From Adineta vaga (Eukaryota > Animalia > Rotifera), in NCBI GenBank assembly GCA_021613535.1, contig CP075492.1:15996001-16060000 (forward strand): a DNA stretch of 64,000 nucleotides, given 5' to 3'. Position numbers and translations under genes: made by a program. The notes under the pieces were generated by a model. That model saw nothing but the letters and a program-made list of their open reading frames with translations, did no database searches and was not told where the DNA came from. This document shows, one piece after another, positions 1 to 12,049 of this stretch (the first letter of the stretch is position 1; every line of letters begins with the position of its first letter).

Positions 1-3000
1 TGACCAAGATATTTCGCTTCTTTTCGATCAATATTTCCTCCAAAATTTCGACGAGAAAATATATTTAAATTGATCAATGTTGAAAATAAAAATATTCGAA
101 GATTTTTAAATATGATTTCAAGTCTTTTTAAAATTGTTATTTTATCTTAATATAGAAAAATATTCGAATGAATTCTATTCTTTTTCAAAAGAAAAAACAA
201 AAATCTTCTTTACTTTGCTTTTTCATTTTAGTTTTTCTTAAATTTAAAATAATTGTCACAAGATGTGGTGTTAAAAAACGTAATATAATAGTCAAACCAC
301 CAATTATTGATGTTAATTTTAATAGAATTCCCAGAAAACCAATGCCATGAATTACACGAGTATATATACAATAATTTGGTAAACAATTATTATAATACTG
401 ATCAAATGATGAGGAAAAATTCCATTGTTCAACCATTAATTGTTTAACTAGGATTGAGATCGTAAGATTTGGAGAAAAACGACTTTGGAATGAATTGTAA
501 ATAAGAGGTCGAGCTTGAAACCAAGAGATTTTTGAATCACTTTCAAATGAATTATTTATATAATGATATTGTATTGATAAACATGATTCTGAATAATAAC
601 ATTCAAGTGTTGAAAGTAAAAGTGAATCAATAGTAAAACAACCCATCATTATACCAGGTATAATATATGGATTAGAATAATCTGTATAAGTTGCTCGTAA
701 ATCATATAAAGAAACTGAACTTTGACAATGATGATTTGTTGCACAAATACATTGAACAGCTGTTGAATTTACATTCAATACACCATTCATTTGAAATTGA
801 ACCTAAAAAAGAAAAAGAAATGTTTTCAAATATTTTTATATAGAATAAATAAATAAAAAGAACTTGTTTAAATAATTGTTCATTCGTATTATTAATTATT
901 AAATCTTTGAAAATTAGTTTTGCGTTATCAAATAATGTAAATGGTTGATCAATTTGAGTAAAAAGATGAACTATATCAATAAGAAGACTAAATTGAACAA
1001 TTAAAGAAGTAATAAAGTGATTCATTGTGGAATTTAATTGTGCAAAAAAATCTGATTCCATTACAATATATGATGTAACTAAAGATCGTGTTTGAAAACG
1101 ACGAATTGCATCGTTTAGAGTTTTATTAGCTAATTGACAAATAGTTGATAATAAACGAAAATGATTTGATCCTAAACCACGCCAAATATAATTAGTTCTT
1201 GTTGTAGGTCTCACAGAAACAAATGATAATAATGAAATCCAAGATTCAGTTATAAAATCACTTGAACAGATTTGATGAAATATCGGAGAAAATGAAATAA
1301 ATTTATGATATGAAACAAGTGGATTTTGACAAATACATCGTAATTTATTTGGATACAAATTTTGTAATGATTTATATGTTATTAATGAAGGATTTGATAC
1401 ATTTATTGTAATGTTTAATCGTGTTAATAAGAAAAATATTAAAATTATCAAAATTGAACCTTTAATAAAAATATATTTAGTATCGATTTCTGTATAGTTC
1501 GGTGAAAAGTGTGAGTCAAATGTCGTCAATATCTAACTCGCACTTTCCCCTTGGTGGTTTCGATACATATTTAATAAAGAATGAATAAAAAAAGAAAGCA
1601 ATTGTATCGTTCTTACTTATGAGTAAAATAAAATATACACGTGTAGTAATACGTTGTTGTTTGATAGAAATTTGTGATTTAAATAAATTTAATTGTTTAA
1701 TCCATTGAGAAACATTTTCAATCGATGTTAGAATGAGTTCTAAAATAATTCGAAAACAAAACATCTTTTTTTTTTGTTTCTGTTTAAACTTAATTTTACC
1801 TCGATTAAACTTCATAGTTGGTAAATTATCTTTCAATGTTAATGAAATATCGACTAAGAATATAACAAATATACGAAGTATAATTGTTAAACAACCATAA
1901 AAACTAAGTAAAAGTGTAATTAAATATGAGAAATCCATTTGATTAGGTTTTGTATATGTACAATATTCTGGTGAACATTTAAGAAAATATTCTGTATAAT
2001 TTATATTTGTTGTCCAAGTTTCAATAAGTAAATTATTAAATTGATTTATTAATGACATATTTTGTTCAGATATTCTTCTTGATAATAAATTATAATTAGT
2101 CGAATTCATATTTTTAAGATTCGGGAAATATTCGTGAGAATTTCAAGACAAATCTTATCGTAAAGACAATCAAATGTTGTTTGAAGAAGAGCATCAAGAG
2201 GTGTACATCCACTAAAAAATCCATTGACGATTGCAGTAGTATTTGGTTCAAATATAGGTGGATATGTTGGCCAAAATTGATGATTTACTGCACTTTCATA
2301 TTCGGATAAAGAATAAAAAGCCGCAAAAGATATGCGATTCTTTACAGTACAAGGTGTACCAAATAAAACATCAAACATTGAATTATTTTTTTCAACATAA
2401 TATGACGAATCGATAGAAAGATAACGACTATTAGCAACATTTGTTATGACTTTAATTGCTATGTTTGTATTAAGTGCGGAAATTGGAGAATTTGCTTGAG
2501 TTGTTATTTGTAAAAATTTGAGAAATGTTGTCATTTGAATAGGAATACTTGTACGGAATAATTCAATATTTTCATTGATTTTAAATTTAAGTTCATTTTC
2601 GGTAAATAATTGAAGATTAATAAGATAATTATTATTCAAATCACTAAGACCTTGTTCAACTGTTTTCTTTGAAATCGAACAAAGATTTGAAAGAAGTTGA
2701 AACTAAATTGAAAAGAAAAATGAATTTTGATCTAAACAACTTTATTTTACTTGTGAATAAGCTGTTGTTCGAAAATCTGTTACTAAATATGTACTTGCAT
2801 ATGGTAAATATAATCCATTAATCCATTGTTCGTCAATAAAAATACTCGAACATACAGGATGAAATTCAATGGTATTTTTCACAAAACTATTGTACGGAAT
2901 TGTTATCAATGAACATGGACATGAAAGTGTTTGATCATATTCAAGACGAAGTTGATTTATGAGAGTTGGAGTGAGATTTCGAACAGTAACTATTCGATCT

Positions 3001-3309
3001 TGTGGATTTACCAAAGTCACAAAACAAAGAATATAAAGGCTGACTAAAAAAAGAATACGTGAAGTTTTTTTAGTTAATTTTAATTTATCTTTTACTTAGA
3101 AGAAAAACGATATATAATCGTGTTTCATATAATTGTTTTTGAAGAATTTTCGATGATTCGACAGATTCATTGTTGTTGGTATCATCATTATATTCTTCTT
3201 CATCTTTTATAAAGAGATTATAATTATATATTCGTTTAAAAAACCAATTGAACGCATTAGTAATTGATGATTTCATGTGAATTTTATCTAAAATATCATC
3301 AGTTCTCAT
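1..3309 (-). CDS. Multi-exon membrane protein with repeated Cys-rich modules (bdelloid-type uncharacterised family); runs off the window start; one internal frameshift
   Basis: Exons 3309-3096, 3043-2751, 2702-1800, 1739-1617, 1459-864, 802-214, 145-<1 joined by GT-AG introns. Repeated motifs L.CPCS/CIC, FH..CSS.FI...WI, GC..LD.LL.ST..C.Y, Y...C.P.YC.YT and TRLY+TM. The frame changes near 2131 (YFPNLKNMNS is restored by adding one base). Confidence 0.8.
1479..1567. mobile_element. Short imperfect palindrome (MITE-like) in an intron
   Basis: GAAAAGTGTGAGTCAAATGTCG (~1504-1525) pairs with CAATATCTAACTCGCACTTTCC (~1527-1548); outer GTATCGA/TCGATAC. The host intron is 157 nt versus 48-68 nt for the others. 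Confidence 0.5.
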
Positions 3310-3754
3310 ATTTATATGGTTACTTGTGAAAATAAATAATGAAAAGGAAATGCGTAGATATTTTTATTTTTCAAATTGTTTATTCAACATAGAAAAGTTG
3401 AGTGTCATTGAAATTAGATTAAAAAAAATACGTTTGACGCAAAAGATATTCATTTTGAAATGTCTTTCACGGACAAAAGTTCATATGTATATAATAATCC
3501 TTTTTTTGGTAAAGAAATTAGCACATGGTATTGAGAGAAAATGTGAATATCACTCTCAACATAAACATTCGCTCAATTTGTGTACTATTCTGTACAAATA
3601 TGACTTTGAATCAAAGAAAATTACTTAAATATATTCATAATTTATTAAAATACTTAAAATATTCGATGTAAAGAAAATTAATATAATAACTGTTTAGAAA
3701 CGAAAAGATGCGAGAATATGAATAAGAAAATGTCTTTTATGTGTACAAATGTTC

Positions 3755-3985
3755 TTAATGATTTGAGCTATCGCTACTTTCAGAATTGGCATTATGATCA
3801 TCATCACCACTGATAATGTGTCCTGTTGTTGTTCCACCTCCTGTTGGAGCTCCATGTGTACCTGTGATTTTGGGAGCACCAGCACCACCTGATCCACCAT
3901 GTTGAGCATCGCCAGCTTTGCCAGTTGTATCACCGTATGTTGTTCCATCTCCTTTAGAACCTTCGTTTGATCCTTCCGACGACAT
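3755..3985 (-). CDS. Small Gly/Ser/Thr/Asp-rich hydrophilic disordered protein (76 aa), hydrophilin-like
   Basis: ATG at 3985; MSSEGSNEGSKGDGTTYGDTTGKAGDAQHGGSGGAG...; GC-richer than flanks; no Cys, Trp or Phe. Confidence 0.65.
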   Translation of the reverse strand: MSSEGSNEGSKGDGTTYGDTTGKAGDAQHGGSGGAGAPKITGTHGAPTGGGTTTGHIISGDDDHNANSESSDSSNH

Positions 3986-4440
3986 TAGTTTCAATAGTTA
4001 CAAGGAAAAAAGAGTGTACGAGTTGTTATTTAAATGTAAAAGAAATGAAAGAATACAACAACAACAATAGAATGTCTTTGCTTACAATCGAGCCTATAAG
4101 AAAAAGAAATAAACTTTCTTTTCTCGTCACGTTATCTTACTCGTGACGAGAAAGAATGGCGTATTTCGTAGAAGAGTAGATGAAACTCAATTACTCCATT
4201 CTTTCCGTAACGTTTTTTTTTCCTTCTCGTCCTTCACTGTGTGAGTTTTAACATACAGAAGAAGAAGAAAATAGAACTACGTTATCGTTCGCTTTTATAA
4301 ACAAAAGAATTCAATGGCACTTTTGAACATGAAACGTGATTTTCTCTGTTCATTAAAACTGTTGAGAATGTTCTTTTCACCTGCAGGATCTCGAATTTCG
4401 GGTTAAAATCTTGTTTCCAATCAGCAGTCATAGGCACACA

Positions 4441-4596
4441 ATACTTCTTCAGCATTCATCAGACATTAAAAATATTCAAGCCAATCATTAATGTCTTATT
4501 CAAAACACAATGAAATCAAATGACCATTGAGTAGAAGCCGTGAAATCGATTCAATTTCTTCCTGTTTTTTTTTAAAACATATTCTAAATTGTTGCA
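4441..4596. repeat. Dispersed direct duplicate of 12144-12304 (3' part of an F-box/LRR-type pseudogene)
   Basis: Shared blocks ATTCAAAACACAATGAAATCAAATGACCATTGAGTA, ATCGATTCAATTTCTTCCTGTTTT and AAAACATATTCTAAATTGTTGCA. Confidence 0.85.
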
Positions 4597-5003
4597 TCTG
4601 TGGGTGACAGAATCATATAACATTCTGCCCTAAAATGAATTTTAAATTGTACTTTTTTTAAAAATTTTTATCGTATGACTGTAAAGCGTATAGTTAGTTC
4701 TTCTTGATTTATGTTTGCAATTCAATAAAATAAAAATTTTCGTGTTTCCATCAATTGATGACGTCAAGAATGATGACGAAGCATTTTTTTTGTTTTCTTA
4801 GTACTTTTCAGGTCATTCTATGAAAAAATTGTTTTCTGCTAATAATCTTATTTCTCCAAACTCTGCATAAGAGGTTTCTAAGTTGTCATGTTTAAAAAAT
4901 GATTATATTTTTTTAATTATAGTAAATTTTTTTTCTTGAGCTTCACTTTGTAAAAGAAAGATTATATAAGAAATAGTTGTATGTCAAGCATAGTGAATTT
5001 TCA

Positions 5004-5969
5004 ATGACGATTACTTTTAGTATTCGAGCTTGGCTATTGGTAATTCCATTGATTCCATCAGTAACTGTGAGTGTATTCAATCTTTATCATTTATTAAAAG
5101 ATCAAACACTTCGTAATGGTCTTAATAATCATGTTATTATCTGTCTTTTGTTTTGCATACTAATGGAAGAATTAACTGATATTATTTGGAATATTTATTT
5201 TAATTTTACACAAATTGTTCTATCAGTAACACCTATATTTTGTACGACTTGGTTGTATACTAGTACAATATTCATTATAACGATTTATTTATTAATGACA
5301 TGGGGATCAATTGAACGACATGTTCTTATTTTTCATCCAACTTGGTTTGCAACAAAAAGAAAACGTATTTTCTTTCATTATTTACCTTTAACCATATGTT
5401 TTATCTGGCCTATTCTCTTTTATACAATTCTATTTCTCATTATGCCTTGTACTGTTCCATTTAATTATCATATAAGATTCTGTAATCGTTATTCATGTAT
5501 TACTCATATTCATTGGGCATCTATTTGGGATAGTTTTGTTCATTTAATATTACCACCATTTATCGTTGCTATTTTTAGTATAATACTTTTGATTCGTGTA
5601 ATCTATCAGAGATATCGTATTCGCCAACGAATACTTTGGAAAAATTATAAGAAATTAGCCGGTCAATTATTACCAATCTCATTTGTTTATATTTCAATCG
5701 GACTTCCACCAATGAGTTTATATGCAGCATATTCGATTGGTTTATCACGAGATATCGCAACAGATTATTATAGTGATAGTATGTTTTTTGCCTATTGGAT
5801 TATTTTATTTACTCCATTTGCAACGATTGTATCTCTACCAGAATTGAAAATTAAATGTAAAAATGCGATTTTCTTTTGGAGAAAACGACATAATGTGAAT
5901 CCTGAAATAATGATAATTCATCGTTTACAACATGAACATAGAGCTACATTACCACGATTAGATCTTTAG
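5004..5969 (+). CDS. Rhodopsin-like (class A) GPCR, single exon
   Basis: Seven hydrophobic segments; Cys at the start of TM3; SIERH (DRY-equivalent); LR..LNNHVI motif. Confidence 0.88.
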   Translation: MTITFSIRAWLLVIPLIPSVTVSVFNLYHLLKDQTLRNGLNNHVIICLLFCILMEELTDIIWNIYFNFTQIVLSVTPIFCTTWLYTSTIFIITIYLLMTWGSIERHVLIFHPTWFATKRKRIFFHYLPLTICFIWPILFYTILFLIMPCTVPFNYHIRFCNRYSCITHIHWASIWDSFVHLILPPFIVAIFSIILLIRVIYQRYRIRQRILWKNYKKLAGQLLPISFVYISIGLPPMSLYAAYSIGLSRDIATDYYSDSMFFAYWIILFTPFATIVSLPELKIKCKNAIFFWRKRHNVNPEIMIIHRLQHEHRATLPRLDL

Positions 5970-6356
5970 TCGTAAATATTATGAGAATAAAGATCTATAG
6001 ATCGAGTTAACATAAAAAACAAAAACAAATTATATGAAGATATTTGTTTATTTATCTCGATGAATTATTGAAATCGAAACAAGAAATCGTACGCAATGAC
6101 TCCTTATTTTACTTCGTTCGTTAACTCAATAAAATCTAAAAATATATTTGACTAAAACCTTGATGTATGGCTTGCCATCGTCATGAACACATCAAGATTG
6201 CCTATAATGAATTTCATACCTTATTTTTCTCTTTCCTTTCACTCACGTTGCATGGAACAAAGTAAAACGTTTTGCACTCAATGCTTTATTGCAATTCTCT
6301 TCTTTTATTGCGCCGTCACTTTTCTCTGATATTTATTTCTTATTTTCATTCTAAAA

Positions 6357-7493
6357 ATGGTTGATAATCTTACAACATTGTCAACTTTTCAAGAAATTAA
6401 ACATAAAACAAAATCAATTCGTGAATTATTACAAAAATTTCTTCATGATTGGTCATTAGATTTAGCTTCAATGCTTGCTTATAATTTCTTAGTAGCAATT
6501 TTACCGATTGCTATTACACTTTTTGGATTTGTTGGTTTAATTTTACGCAATTCTCCTGATACTCAAAATGATCTGAAAAATAAAATTATTCAATCATTTC
6601 CTACAGATAATACAACACAAGCGGGAATAAAACAAGTAAAAATATTTATCAATTTTGTTTTATTTTTCAAAATATGATCTGATTTAGATAGTCGATCTTG
6701 CTTTCAATCAATTATCAAATGATGCTGGAATTATCTTTACTATTGGTATTCTTTTAGCAATGTTTGGTTCTTCTCGATTATTCATTGCGATCGATAGATG
6801 TATGACAATTATCTATCGTTTACCTGAACGATCATTTCTTCGTCAAAATCTCATGGCTTTAGGAACATTATTTCTTTTGATTATTGTCATTGTTTTAATG
6901 CTTATTGCAAGTTCTGTTCCAACAGCATTGATGAATCGTGTTGAAGGTGGTGGTGCTCGATTTGGAGTCTTTCTTGCTGGAATTATTATTTCATTAAGTA
7001 TTGCATTTGTTCTTTTTGAAATCATTTATTGGTTAATTCCAAATAAAAAAATGAATTTGAAAACAACATGGTGTGGAGCATTAATTGCTGCGATAACATT
7101 GGAAATATTTATCATTTTATTTCCATTATATGTACGACAATTTATGAGTAATTATGCTGGTAAGTTGAAATGAAATTTTGGACCTTTTTTTTCAAATTAA
7201 TTTTGAATTTGAAAGGTCAAATTGGTTTTGCTGTTATTCTTATTCTTTTCTTCTATTATTTTGCGGTTATTCTTATTATTGGTGCTCAAATCAATGCGTA
7301 TTATCTTGAACATTATAAACCATTGCCTGATTCACTTGGAACATATTTAAGTAAATTATATGAAGAACATGATCAACACTCAACAACATCAAATGATGAT
7401 GATTCACAACAGAATGAAAATAGATGGATAGGAAAGTTATGTTTTTGTCGGAGACGACAAGGGATTGAACCACAATCACTAGAAGAACATTAA
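6357..7493 (+). CDS. YihY/virulence factor BrkB family membrane protein (bacterial-type, two introns)
   Basis: Exons 6357-6635, 6688-7159, 7216-7493. LAYNFLVAILP, IY.LIPN, GALIAA and IIGAQINA match YihY family motifs. Confidence 0.85.
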
Positions 7494-8297
7494 TGTGATG
7501 GTATAATACTTTCTATGTACACGTTGTATATATCGGAGATTGGATTGTCGACCAATTGGTATTATCAAACAAGCAAGACATTTATTAATTCCTATCGCAA
7601 CTATTGTTGTCTTCAACAGATTGATTCTCATGAGAGTTTTACTATAAAACAAACTTTTCCTTTACTACTATCGCGCGATTGCCTCATCAATTACTTTGTG
7701 AAAACAAAATAGCAATGTATTTCTTAATATCGTTTTTTTATTTAAATATTCGGGATCGAGTACTTTATAGTTTAATTATATTTCGAATATTATTACATTA
7801 TTCTTTATTCTATTTGCATTTCTAGTAGAAATAAGAGAGAAGAAATTTTTTTACTGTTGTTTGTATGCGAGACCAATGTATGGGCGACGTTGGATGATAT
7901 ATAATTTCAATGTATGACAAATGACAGATGTAACATCTTATTTATCACAACAGTTTTCAAAACAATTCAAATGTAAACATAAAACTGTAACAACAACAAC
8001 AATAAATCTTGATGAAGATCAAAAGTCTTCTCTATATTTCAAAGATTTGCTATGGATCGTAATTGTATCAATCAACGACGATTTTACGATACCTTTGTCA
8101 CTTGCAATTCTGATGGCTATTCAATGAATTTACCATTATGTTCATACTTCTTTCTTGGTCATAGTCACCATTGAAAGTGAGGGTATCTTATATTCAAACA
8201 CACTTTCACCCTCAACAAGGATGATGAAAATGGAGATATATGAGTAAATTTGTTTTATTCACATCAAAACTTTATTAATGAACAAATCTACAGATTT

Positions 8298-10231
8298 CTA
8301 TTTTCCTAATTTAATTTCATGATAAAGTAAACCAGCAACAGCTGATTGAAAACCAGTATTGTTCTCAACACTAACTGTATTGGAACGTTCATTCGTACGT
8401 TCATCTTCGAAAACATCATTTTCATCAGGCCCATCAACTAATGCATCTACTAATAAATAAGGATTCGGATCTGGATTGCGAAGCATCTTTTCAGTACATA
8501 TTGGTGGTCGAGCAGGACATGAACTATAAAGAAGAATATTTCATATGTATTCTGAATAAAATATATTGTAATAATTACCTTCCACGATCGCGAGGTCGCT
8601 GAGGATAATTTTGACCAACTCCAACAACATAAGATCGACCAGAATCACCTAATATATAACCAATTTGTTGTTTAGTAAAATTAGAATATTCCACACTATT
8701 AATACCAATATCTGCAGCCTATAAAAGAAAATACCTTTATCTAAATAAATATAAACACATAGTTTTATTTACTTGTAAACAAGCAAAAGCTACATTTCCA
8801 ATACGTGTTCATGTCTTGTAGTCATGAATATAACAAAGACCTTTTGGTGTTTTTTGACCTTCTCGGATATAGCGATTACACTGTGTCTCCACGGATTTGC
8901 GATATTTCTCCTCTCCTGTAATTTTTGCCATAAGAACTACAAAACCTAACTCTCTGTTATCTGTTTCAAAGAAACTTGAATATCCATCAAGTTCAAATTG
9001 ATCACAATGACGTTTAGCATCCAACAAATAATGCGTTTCATTTGTGGCGATGTAAAGCCAAATAGCCGCCCATCCTAATTCATCACCATACATAGGTGGC
9101 ATTGACATAGGAAAGAAAGGAAAATCTTGATCACGAGTTTCATTTGCGAAACTGTACAATTGATTAGCATGTGTTAATAGTTTTGTTTTATATGTCGAAT
9201 CAGATGAACGAAAAACAATTGAAGCTGCGGCTAAACAAGCAGCTGTTTCGCCCAAGATTGCCGATTGCGCATATTCAGATGTCATCGCATGTGAAGGTCG
9301 TGAACTTGGCACAGATTCTGGTCGTGACCAAAACGATTTATCCGTTTCACGATCACCTACGCTTGTATAAAATACACGTTCACTAACATGTGCCTATAAA
9401 AATATAGAAAACACTTGAAGATAATCGAAACGAAAACTTATATCAAATCCTTACCTTCATTAAATAATCAGTTGACCACTGGATAGCATCACGAATATAA
9501 TCTAATTGATCAGCTTTAGCATACGCATCATGATAATCAATTGCACCCATGCTAATAATGTTGTGAATCCAGCCATATTGTGACTTTCTTTAGCAAGACC
9601 ACCCTTTGTGAAATAACCACCAGTTAAATCTTCTCCATTGCTTCCAGAATCAGTTAACATCGAATCATCTCTCCAACTAATACGTTTATTAGCTGGTAAT
9701 CGACCAGATCGTTGTGATTCGTAGAAGAGAAGTGAAGTATAAAGCACCATTCCATAATCATATGAGCCATTACTTTTCGATATATTTACTGACTCTGATG
9801 GAAATGTCACTAACGGTGGATCACTCACTCGTTGAAGATCAACAGTTATTCCATTAAATACTGTACCTATTAGATTATTTGGTTTGACATCACCCTCTGC
9901 AGTAAATTCAAAGCTAAAGACCTTAAATTCACCGATAGTACAATTCCAATTTAGACAATGATATGTAAATATTTCATTAGTTTTGTTCTTCAAAACACCT
10001 TGAGATGCCTAATAAATAAATAAAAATAATATAAAATTCAAAGAAAATGTTTTAACAATATACTTGAATATTTGCTGATTTATTAAATTGAAGTTCAAGT
10101 TCCCACTCGTAAGTATCAGATTCAACGAGATGAAATAAAGTTCCTTGAAATCCACCTGCCCATTCTTTGTCAACTTGTAAAAGACATTCACATAGACCAA
10201 TGATAACTATCAGAAGTATTATAAATTTCAT
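8298..10231 (-). pseudogene. Secreted CBM2-like + glycoside hydrolase family 9 homologue; catalytic residues lost; one frameshift and one in-frame TGA
   Basis: Exons 10231-10064, 10008-9455, 9393-8773, 8718-8579, 8523-8298. Signal peptide; W.GGFQG and WN motifs; LLFYESQRSG, DLTGGY, ETAA.LAAAS, DEL.WAA.WLY.AT, GRSYVVG, GPD. Frameshift ~9547; TGA at 8811-8809. Confidence 0.85.
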
Positions 10232-12049
10232 TCGGTAATGATAAATTTATAGATGCATAAAAGAAGAGAACAGATTATATATACAACAATATAACAATGA
10301 GAAAGAAAACAAAGGAATGTTTCAGACCTCAAACAAAGTGTAAAGTTTAACACTGAATTAACCAATACGATTCGCGTTGCTATGAGAAAATATCGAACGG
10401 GAATAACGTCGGAAATTTCATTGAAAAAGAAATACTTTATTTTTGATTTGATAACATAAGAGAACGGCTTAGAATATACACAATCGTAATATAATATTTA
10501 AGAAGTATTATTTTTCCTTTGTGACAACTAAATGGCAGACTATTTCAGTATTTCATGATTGTAATAACACCACCATAATATTATTCACCTAGATTTCCTG
10601 TACAAAGTTGAACAACAATCCTTTTAGTGTGTTTTCTACTCGTACGTCGACCGCCGTCAAACTGATTTTACACATGATAAAAACGGCGTTCTCTTTTTCT
10701 TGAAAGAATCTTATAAACGAACAAATATTTGGATGATAAATTTGCACTGTACGATTTAAATGATCATGTGATGTTAAATGAACGGTTTCGAGTGTGAGAT
10801 AATTTCATTACAATTGATTTCAACTTCACATCAATAAGATTGTCACAAAAGAGAACACATAGAGTAACATACATTTAATTAGACGAAAATATGATATCTA
10901 TACGTCTCGCTTTTTTCAACAGTTTTCCTTTCGGTCAAATGACGGCCAATCTTCTTATTTAAGCCAATGGGATGAGAGTGAAGGCTTTAATTATACTCTA
11001 ACAATGTATATGTATATCTTCATCAGTCAATATGGGAATAATTGTATGATCAAACTCGATATTAACCAATAAATTCATCTATAGAAATTTTATTAAATAA
11101 ATTAATACATGAAAAATGTAATAATCCTCAACGATTATTCTATGCAGTTTATCAAAGATGACGAATTTAAAAAGAAATAAAGGATCAAATTCTGCTTCTT
11201 TTTCATAATGACCATTTAATTGTAGATTAAAAAAATGATCAATCGATCGCCGAGTAAAGCACTTGGAAGGTTTGGTAAATGATGCTACTATTCAAATTAA
11301 TAAGATACAAGAGAGAATTAAAAGTTTGGAAGAAGAATCAATTAAGTAGATATTTTTCAGCATAAACGACAGATTCAGTAGTTTTGGTTTGAATTATACA
11401 TGAGAATAGAAGCACAACATTGAAACCAACGACTCTTACTAATAGTAAATAAAATATTCTTTATTTATAGTAACTTCAAGATTAGGATTTCATAAACATG
11501 ATGGTCAAAAATTTTGAAGAACAACTTGGTTTATCGTTTCTTTCAGAGACAGTTTTTCAGTATTATTTCATGTAGTTGAGGTACAATAGAAGAACTTTGC
11601 AAATGTTAGAAGATAAATCGAACAAAAAAATCGTTTAATTCAATTTCAAACTATATTTGAATGCTTCCGAAGAAGCTGGAAAAATTACATCGTTCAAAGA
11701 ACGATGTGATGCATTGGTAGTAGTTTGCAATCAGCAATCACCTCTCCTGTCGCAAAAACGCTCATTGGATAAGGTATTACCTCTGCGCAAGAATAATCAT
11801 TTCAGTTTTTTGCATGTTCTTTTATATGAAAATCAATGCAAAACAATATCGGTGAAAGAGAAACCAACAAATCTAGTGAGTCATGAGAAACTTACGAAAC
11901 TGTGAAATAACAGCAATCCATTACAGCTAAGAATATGTGAATGAAAGAAAAATAAAATGTTTCTTTTTCTCGTTCTTTAAACAAATGACACAATGTAACT
12001 ACGATGCAAAAGGATGATGATGCTCTTTTCGGCTATATTCACACTCTCA

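Noticed and set aside
11250-11905. Coding-like coiled-coil fragments
   Set aside because: Discontinuous and unassignable.
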